A model generated the notes under the pieces. It had not been told where the DNA came from and made no database searches. It was given only the letters and a program-made list of their open reading frames with translations. From Eledone cirrhosa (Eukaryota), in contig OZ024744.1 of assembly GCA_964016885.1 (NCBI GenBank), positions 45,322,001 through 45,386,000 of the forward strand: DNA of 64,000 nt. Direction: 5' to 3'. A program made the position numbers and the translations under genes. Positions within the stretch are counted from its first letter, which is position 1. Every line of letters starts with the position of its first letter. This document shows positions 51,120-64,000 of this stretch, piece after piece.

Positions 51120-54100
51120 TACATAATACCACACCACACTACAATATACCAGACTACAATATGCTAATCCATACTGCAATATATCACACTACACTACAAT
51201 ATACCACACCACACTCCATTATACCATATCACACTAAAATATACCACTACACACTACACTATACCACTCCACACTACAATATACAAAACCACGCTACAAT
51301 ATACCACACCATACTACACTAAACCACACCACACTACAATATACCACACCATACTACACTGTATCCCTCCACACTAGAATATACAACATCACACTAAAAT
51401 ATACTACACCATACTGCAATATACCACACCACACTAGAAGACACCATACCACACTGCAATATACCACACCAAACTAAAATATACCACACCACACTACAAT
51501 ATAACACACTACACTACAATATCCCACACCACACTGCAATATACCACACCACACTACAATACACCACACCACACTACAATATACCACACCACACTACAAT
51601 ATACCACACCACACGACAATATATCAAACTAAACTGCAATATACCACACCACGCTACAATATGCCACACCACACTACACTATACCATACCAGACTAGAAT
51701 ATACAAAAACAGACTACAAGATACCACTCCACACTACAATATATCAAACTACACTACAATATACCTCACCACACTACAATATACGACTCCACTTTACACT
51801 ATACCACACCACACTACAATATATCACACTACACTACAATATACCACACCACACTAAAATATAGCACACCACACTACAATTTACCAGATCACACTACAAT
51901 ATATCACACTACACTACAATATATCAAACTACACTACAAAATACCACACCACACTACAATATACTACTCCAATTTACACTATACCACACCACACTACAAT
52001 ATATCACAGTACACTACAATATACCACAACACACTACAATATACCAGACCACACTACACTACAATATATCACACTACACCACAATATACCACTCCACACT
52101 ACAATATATCACACCACACTACAATATACCACACTACATTATATCACACCACATTACTATATATATAACCACAATACAACATATCACACTACACAACAAT
52201 ATACCACTCCATACTACAATATACCACACCACACTACAATATACCACACCACACTACAATATATCACACTACAATATACCACTCAACACTACAATATATC
52301 ACTCTACACTACAACATACGACGCCACATTACAATATACCACACCACACAACAATATATCACATCACACTACACTATATTACATCACACTACAATATACC
52401 ACTCCACACTACAATATATCACACTAGACTACAATATACCACTCAACACTACAATATATCACTCTACACTACAATATACCACACCACACTACAATATATC
52501 ACACTACACTACAATATATCACACTACACTACAATATATCACTCCATACTACAATATACCACACCACACTACAATATACCACACCACACTACAATATATC
52601 ACACTACAATATACTACTCAACACTACAATATATCACTCTACACTACAATATATCACTCCACACTACAATATACCACACTACAATATATCACATCACACT
52701 ATGCTATATCACATCACACTACAATATACCACTCCACACTACAATATATCCCACTAGACTACAATATACCACTCAATACTACAATATATCACTCTACACT
52801 ACAATATACCACACCACACTACTATATACGACTCCACTCTACACTATACCACAGCACACTACAATATATCACACTACACTACAATATACCACACCACACT
52901 AAAATATACCACACCACACTACAATATATCAGACCACGCTACAATATATAACACTACACTACAATATATCACACTAAACTACACTATACCACACCACACT
53001 ACAATATACCACTTCACACAAAAATATACCACACCACACTACACTATACCACTCCACACTACACTATAGCACATCACATTGCAATATACCACACTGCAAT
53101 ATACCACACCACACTGGAATACACAATGCAATACATTATACCACACCACACTAAAATATACCACACCACACTACAATATATCACACTACATTAAAATATA
53201 CCACACAATACTGTAAAATACAACACCACACTACAATACACCACACCACACTACAATATACCACACCACGCTACAATACACAACACTACACTACACTATA
53301 CCATACCAAACTACAATATACCACACCAGACTACAATATACCACTCCACACTACAATATATCAAACTAACTACAATATACCACACCACACTACAATATAC
53401 CACTCCACTCTACACTATACCTCACCACACTACAATATATCACACTACACTACAATATACCACACCACACTAAAATATACCAGAGCACACTACAATATAC
53501 CAGACCACACTACAGTATATCATACTACACTACAATATATCAAACTACAGTATATCAAACTACACTAAAATATACCACACCACACTACAATATACGACTC
53601 CACTCTACACTATACCACACTACACTACACTACAATATACCACACCACACTAAAATATACCACACCACACTAAAATATACCACACCACACTACAATATAC
53701 CAGACCACACTACAATATATCACATTACACTACAATATATCACACTACACTACAATATACCACACCACACTACAATATACGACTCCACTCTACACTATAC
53801 CACACCACACTACAATATATCACACTACACTACAATATACCATACCACACTAAAATATACCACACCACACTACAATATACCAGACCACACTACAATATAT
53901 CATACTACACTACAATATATCAAACTACACTACAATATGCCACACCACACTACAATATACGACTCCACTCTACACTATACCACACCACACTGCACTACAT
54001 TATACCACACCACACTAAAATATATCACACCACACTAAAATATACCACACCACACTACAATATACCACTCCACACTATAATATATCACACCACACTACAA

Positions 54101-57100
54101 TATACAACACCAAACTACTATATATTGAACCACATTACAATATATCACACTACACTACAATATACCACTCCATACTACAATATACCACACCACACTACAA
54201 TATACCACACCACATTACAATATAGCACATCCCACTACAATATATCACATTATAATATACCACTCAACACTACAATGTATCACTCTACACTACAATATAC
54301 CACTCCATACTACAATATATCACATCACACTACATTATATCACATCACACTACAATATACCACACCACACTACAATATATCACACTATACTACAAGATAC
54401 CACTCCACACTACAATATATCAGATTACACTCAATATACCACTCCACAGTACAATATATCACACCACACTACAATAAATCACACTACATTACAATATATC
54501 ACACCACATTACAATATATTACATAACACTGCAATATACAACTCCACACTACACTATACAACTCCACACTACAATATACTACACCACACTAAAATAAACC
54601 ACATCACACTACAATATACCACAATACACTACACTATACCACACCACACTACACTATAGCACATCACATTGCAATATACCACACCACACTGCAATATACC
54701 ACAACACACTGGAATACACAATGCAATACATTATACCACACCACACTAAAATATGCCACACCACACTACAATATATCAGACTACATTAAAATATACCACA
54801 CAATACTGCAAAATACCACACCACACTACAATACACCACACCACACTACAATATACCACACCACGCTACAATACACAACACTACACTACACTATACCATA
54901 CCAAACAACAATATACCACACCAGACTACAATATACCACTCCACACTACACTATATTAAACTACACTACAATATACCACACCACACTACAATAAACCACT
55001 CCACTCTACACTATACCTCACCACACTACAATATATCACACTACACTACAATATACCACACCACACTAAAATATACCAGACCACACTACAATATACCAGA
55101 CCACACTACAATATATCATACTACACTACAATATATCAAACTACAAATATCAAACTACACTAAAATATATCACACCACACTACAATATACGACTCCACTC
55201 TACACTATACCACACCACACTACAATATATCACACTACACTAAAATATACCATACCACACTAAAATATACCACACCACACTAAAATATACCACACCACAC
55301 TACAATATCCAAGACCACACTACAATATATCACACTACACTACAATATATCACACTACACTACAATATACCACACCACACTACAATATACGACTCCACTC
55401 TACACTATACCACACCACACTACAATATATCACACTACACTACAATATACCATACCACACTAAAATATACCACACCACACTACAATATACCAGACCACAC
55501 TGCAATATATCATACTACACTACAATATATCAAACTACACTACAATATGCCACACGACACTACAATATACGACTCCACTCTACACTATACCACACCACAT
55601 TGCACTACAATATACCACACCACACTAAAATATACCACACCACACTAAAATATACCACACCACACTACAATATACCACTCCACACTACAATATATCACAC
55701 CACACTACAGTATACCACACCACACTACTATATATCGAACCACATTGCAATATATCACACTACACTACAATATACCACTCCATACTACAATATACCACAC
55801 CACACTACAATATACCACACCACATTACAATATAGCAAACCCCATTACAATATATCACATTATAATATACCACTCAACACTACAATGTATCACTCTACAC
55901 TACAATATACCACTCCATACTACAATATATCACATCACACTACATTATATCACATCACACTACAACATATCACACCACACTACAATAAATCACACTACAT
56001 TACAATATATCACACCACATTACAATACATTACATAACACTGCAATATACAACTCCACACTACACTATACAACTCCACACTACAATATACTACACCACAC
56101 TAAAATACCACATCACACTACAATATACCACAATACACTACACTATACCACACTACACTATATCACATCATACTACAATATATCACATTACACTACACTA
56201 TATCACAGCACACTACAATATATGGACACTACTCTACACTATACCACTCCATGTTACAATATATCACATCACATTACAATATACCACACCACACTAACAT
56301 ATATCACATCATACTACAATATACGACACCACACTACAATATATCACACCACACCACACTATACCACTCCACACTACACGATACCACACCACACTACAAT
56401 ATACCACTCGACACTACAATATATCGGACTGTACTTCAATATATCATAGCACACTACAATATATCACACTGCACCATACCACTCCACACGACAGTATATC
56501 ACATCATACTACACTATAATATATCACACCGCACTACAATATACCAAACCACACTACAATATACCACACCACACTACAGTAACCCACACTACTATATATC
56601 ACAGCACACTACAATATACCACACCACACTACAATATACCACACCACACAATAAAATATCACTCAACACTACAATATACCACACTATATCACGCCACACT
56701 ACAATATACCACCCCACATTACAATATACCACACTACACTAAAATATACCACACCACACTACAATATATCAAACTACACTGCAATATACCACACCACAGT
56801 ACAATATACCACACCACACGACAATATATCAAACTACACTGCAATATACCATACCACGCTAAAATATACCACACCACACTACACTATACCATACCAAACT
56901 AGATTATACAAAAACAGCCAACAGTATACCAATCCACACTAAAATATATCAAACTACACTACAATATACCACACCACACTACAATATAAGACTCCACTCT
57001 ACACTACAATATACCACACTACAATATATCACACTACACTACAATATACAACACTACACTAAAATATACCACACCACACTACAATTTAGCAGACCACACT

Positions 57101-60100
57101 ACAATATAACACACTACACTACAATATATCAAACTACACTAAAAAATACCACACCACACTACAATATACGACTCCAATCTACACTATGCCACACCACACT
57201 ACAATATATCGCACTACACTACAATATACCACACCACACTAAAATATACCACACCACACTATAATATACCAGACCACACTACACTACAATATATCACACT
57301 ACACCACAGTATACCACTACACACTACAATATATTACACCACACTACAATATACCCCACTACACGATATCACACCACACTACTATATATATAACCACATT
57401 ACAATATATCACACTACACTACAATATACCACTCCATACTACAATATACCACACAACACTACAATATACCACACCACACTACAATATATCACACTACAAT
57501 ATACCACTCAACACTACAATATATCACTCTACACTACAATATACGACGCCACACTACAATATACCACACCACACTACAATATATCACATCACACTACACT
57601 ATATAACATCACACTACAATATACCACTCCACACTAAAATATATCACACTAGACTACAAAATACCACTCAACACTACAATATATCATTCTACACTACAAT
57701 ATACCTCACCACACTACAATATATCACACTACACTACAATATATCACACTACACTACAATATACCACTCCAAACTACAATATATTACTCCATACTACAAT
57801 ATACCACGCCACACTACAATATACCACACCAAACTACAATATATCACACTACAATATACCACTCAACACTACAATATATCACTCTACACTACAATATACC
57901 ACTCCACACTACAATATACCACACCACACTACAATATATCACATCACACTACACCATATCACATCACACTACAATATACCACTCCACACTACAATATATC
58001 ACACTAGACTACAATATACCACTCAACACTACAATATATCACTCTACACTACAATATACCACACCACACTACAATATACGAATCCACTGTACACTATAAC
58101 ACAGCACACTACAATATATCACACTACAAGACAATATACCACACCACACTAAAATATACCACACCACACTACAATATACCAGACCACGCTACAATATATC
58201 ACACTACACTACAATATATCACACGACATTACAAAATACCACACCACTCTACAATATATCGCACTGTACTCCAGTATATATTACCACACTACAATATAGC
58301 ACACTACACTGCACCATACCACTCCACATTACAATATATAACATCATACTATACTATACCACCACACTACAATATATCACACGCACTACAATATACCACA
58401 CCACACTACAATATACCACACCACACTACATTATCCCACACCACACTACTATATATCACACCACACTACAATATACCCAACCACACTATACAAAATCACT
58501 CCACACTACAATATACCGCACCATATCACACCACACTACAATATACCACACTACACTACAATATATTACATCACACTACAATGTACCACACCACACTACC
58601 ATATGCTAATACATATTGCAATATATCACACTACACTACAATATATCACACTAAACTACACTATACCACACGACACTACACTATACCACTCCACACTACA
58701 ATATACCACATCACATTGCAATATACCACACCACACTGCAATATGCCACACCACACTAGTATACACCATACAACACATTATACCACACCACACTAAAATA
58801 TACCACACCACACTACAATATATCACACTACATTACAATAAACCACACCACACTGCAAAATACCACACCACACTACAATACACCACACCACACTACAATA
58901 TACCACACCACGCTACAATACACAACACTACACTACACTATACCATAACAAACTACAATATACCACACCAGACTAGAATATACCACTCCACACTACAATA
59001 TATCAAACTACACTACAATATATCAAACTACACTACAATATACCACACCACACTACAATATACGACTCCACTCTACACTATACCCCACCACACTACAATA
59101 TATCACACTACACTACAATATACCACACTACACTAAAATATACCACACCACACTACAATATACCAGACCACACTACAATATATCACACTACACTACAATA
59201 TATCAAACTACACTACAATATATCACACTACTCTACAATAAACCACTCCACACTACAATATACGACTCCACTCTACACTATACCACACCACACTACACTA
59301 CAATATACCACACCACACTAAAATATACCACACCACACTAAAATATACCACACCACACTACAATATCCAAGACCACACTACAATATATCACACTACACTA
59401 CAATATATCACACTACACTACAATATACCACACCACACTACAATATACGACTCCACTCTACACTATACCACACCACACTACAATATATCACACTACACTA
59501 CAATATACCATACCACACTAAAATATACCACACCACACTACAATATACCAGACCACACTGCAATATATCATACTACACTACAATATATCAAACTACACTA
59601 CAATATGCCACACGACACTACAATATACGACTCCACTCTACACTATACCACACCACATTGCACTACAATATACCACACCACACTAAAATATACCACACCA
59701 CACTAAAATATACCACACCACACTACAATATACCACTCCACACTACAATATATCACACCACACTACAGTATACCACACCACACTACTATATATCGAACCA
59801 CATTGCAATATATCACACTACACTACAATATACCACTCCATACTACAATATACCACACCACACTACAATATACCACACCACATTACAATATAGCAAACCC
59901 CATTACAATATATCACATTATAATATACCACTCAACACTACAATGTATCACTCTACACTACAATATACCACTCCATACTACAATATATCACATCACACTA
60001 CATTATATCACATCACACTACAACATATCACACCACACTACAATAAATCACACTACATTACAATATATCACACCACATTACAATACATTACATAACACTG

Positions 60101-63100
60101 CAATATACAACTCCACACTACACTATACAACTCCACACTACAATATACTACACCACACTAAAATACCACATCACACTACAATATACCACAATACACTACA
60201 CTATACCACACTACACTATATCACATCATACTACAATATATCACATTACACTACACTATATCACAGCACACTACAATATATGGACACTACTCTACACTAT
60301 ACCACTCCATGTTACAATATATCACATCACATTACAATATACCACACCACACTAACATATATCACATCATACTACAATATACGACACCACACTACAATAT
60401 ATCACACCACACCACACTATACCACTCCACACTACACGATACCACACCACACTACAATATACCACTCGACACTACAATATATCGGACTGTACTTCAATAT
60501 ATCATAGCACACTACAATATATCACACTGCACCATACCACTCCACACGACAGTATATCACATCATACTACACTATAATATATCACACCGCACTACAATAT
60601 ACCAAACCACACTACAATATACCACACCACACTACAGTAACCCACACTACTATATATCACAGCACACTACAATATACCACACCACACTACAATATACCAC
60701 ACCACACAATAAAATATCACTCAACACTACAATATACCACACTATATCACGCCACACTACAATATACCACCCCACATTACAATATACCACACTACACTAA
60801 AATATACCACACCACACTACAATATATCAAACTACACTGCAATATACCACACCACAGTACAATATACCACACCACACGACAATATATCAAACTACACTGC
60901 AATATACCATACCACGCTAAAATATACCACACCACACTACACTATACCATACCAAACTAGATTATACAAAAACAGCCAACAGTATACCAATCCACACTAA
61001 AATATATCAAACTACACTACAATATACCACACCACACTACAATATAAGACTCCACTCTACACTACAATATACCACACTACAATATATCACACTACACTAC
61101 AATATACAACACTACACTAAAATATACCACACCACACTACAATTTAGCAGACCACACTACAATATAACACACTACACTACAATATATCAAACTACACTAA
61201 AAAATACCACACCACACTACAATATACGACTCCAATCTACACTATGCCACACCACACTACAATATATCGCACTACACTACAATATACCACACCACACTAA
61301 AATATACCACACCACACTATAATATACCAGACCACACTACACTACAATATATCACACTACACCACAGTATACCACTACACACTACAATATATTACACCAC
61401 ACTACAATATACCCCACTACACGATATCACACCACACTACTATATATATAACCACATTACAATATATCACACTACACTACAATATACCACTCCATACTAC
61501 AATATACCACACAACACTACAATATACCACACCACACTACAATATATCACACTACAATATACCACTCAACACTACAATATATCACTCTACACTACAATAT
61601 ACGACGCCACACTACAATATACCACACCACACTACAATATATCACATCACACTACACTATATAACATCACACTACAATATACCACTCCACACTAAAATAT
61701 ATCACACTAGACTACAAAATACCACTCAACACTACAATATATCATTCTACACTACAATATACCTCACCACACTACAATATATCACACTACACTACAATAT
61801 ATCACACTACACTACAATATACCACTCCAAACTACAATATATTACTCCATACTACAATATACCACGCCACACTACAATATACCACACCAAACTACAATAT
61901 ATCACACTACAATATACCACTCAACACTACAATATATCACTCTACACTACAATATACCACTCCACACTACAATATACCACACCACACTACAATATATCAC
62001 ATCACACTACACCATATCACATCACACTACAATATACCACTCCACACTACAATATATCACACTAGACTACAATATACCACTCAACACTACAATATATCAC
62101 TCTACACTACAATATACCACACCACACTACAATATACGAATCCACTGTACACTATAACACAGCACACTACAATATATCACACTACAAGACAATATACCAC
62201 ACCACACTAAAATATACCACACCACACTACAATATACCAGACCACGCTACAATATATCACACTACACTACAATATATCACACGACATTACAAAATACCAC
62301 ACCACTCTACAATATATCGCACTGTACTCCAGTATATATTACCACACTACAATATAGCACACTACACTGCACCATACCACTCCACATTACAATATATAAC
62401 ATCATACTATACTATACCACCACACTACAATATATCACACGCACTACAATATACCACACCACACTACAATATACCACACCACACTACATTATCCCACACC
62501 ACACTACTATATATCACACCACACTACAATATACCCAACCACACTATACAAAATCACTCCACACTACAATATACCGCACCATATCACACCACACTACAAT
62601 ATACCACACTACACTACAATATATTACATCACACTACAATGTACCACACCACACTACCATATGCTAATACATATTGCAATATATCACACTACACTACAAT
62701 ATATCACACTAAACTACACTATACCACACGACACTACACTATACCACTCCACACTACAATATACCACATCACATTGCAATATACCACACCACACTGCAAT
62801 ATGCCACACCACACTAGTATACACCATACAACACATTATACCACACCACACTAAAATATACCACACCACACTACAATATATCACACTACATTACAATAAA
62901 CCACACCACACTGCAAAATACCACACCACACTACAATACACCACACCACACTACAATATACCACACCACACTGCAATACACAACACCACACTACACTATA
63001 CCATAACAAACTACAATATACCACACCAGACTAGAATATACCACTCCACACTACAATATATCAAACTACACTACAATATATCAAACTACACTACAATATA

Positions 63101-64000
63101 CCACACCACACTACAATATACGACTCCACTCTACACTATACCCCACCACACTACAATATATCACACTACACTACAATATACCACACTACACTAAAATATA
63201 CCACACCACACTACAATATACCAGACCACACTACAATATATCACACTACACTACAATATATCAAACTACACTACAATATATCACACTACTCTACAATAAA
63301 CCACTCCACACTACAATATACGACTCCACTCTACACTATACCACACCACACTACACTACAATATACCACACCACACTAAAATATACCACACCACACTAAA
63401 ATATACCACACCACACTACAATATACCAGACCAAACTACAATATATCACACTACACTACAATAAATCACACTACTCTACAATAAACCACTCCACACTACA
63501 ATATATCACACCACACTACTATACATCGTACCACATTACAATATATCACACTACACTACAATATACCACACCATACTACAATATACCACACCACACTACA
63601 ATATACCACACCACACTACAATATATCACATTATAATATACCACACTACACTACAATATATCAAACTACACTACAATATACCACACCACACTACAATATA
63701 CGACTCCACTCTACACTATAACCCACCACACTACAATATATCACACTACACTACAATATACCACACCACACTAAAATATACCACACCACACTACAATATA
63801 CCAGACCACACTACAATACACTGTATATCACACTACACTACAATATATCAAACTACACTACAATATACCAGACCACACTACAATATACGACTCCAATCTA
63901 CACTATACCACACCACACTATATCACACTATACTACAATATACCACTCCACAGTACAATATATCACACCACACTACAATATATCACACTACACTACAATA
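51120..64000. repeat. C/A-rich pentamer-based satellite (20-mer CACACCACACTACAATATAC) with higher-order repeats
   Basis: Directly visible. Identical ORF translations recur at a 4058-bp offset. Confidence 0.97.

Noticed and set aside
51011-63194. Long His/Thr/Tyr-rich ORFs (also 5693-6700)
   Set aside because: They are translations of the stop-poor CACAC/TACAA satellite in several frames, with no sign of a gene.

Overview
This is a repeat-saturated eukaryotic (animal) window with no recognisable host protein-coding gene. An abundant tRNA-derived SINE resembles cephalopod/octopus SINEs, so a mollusc host is likely, but that is inference. The left half is a nest of mobile elements: two decayed Gypsy LTR retrotransposons, CRE-, HERO- and RTE-clade LINE fragments, SINEs and MITEs. 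It also holds an intact 883-aa hAT transposase element with a 1.33-kb Merlin-like foldback inserted upstream of its ATG, all partly inside a large inverted duplication. The main finding is the ~420-bp tandem array at 28.0-39.2 kb. Every full monomer carries a minimal type I hammerhead ribozyme motif (CUGACGA...GAAACUAGUA, palindromic stem III): 25 copies on + and one in a 5'-inverted block. This is the architecture of a retrozyme or self-cleaving satellite, predicted to give ~420-nt (circular) RNAs. Within the next 12 kb are two more unrelated hammerheads, one degenerate one, and two Penelope-like element remnants, the likely mobilising machinery. The right end is a 13-kb C/A-rich pentamer-based satellite with a 4058-bp near-exact higher-order duplication. 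All ribozyme calls come from manual pairing of the sequence; none has been tested.
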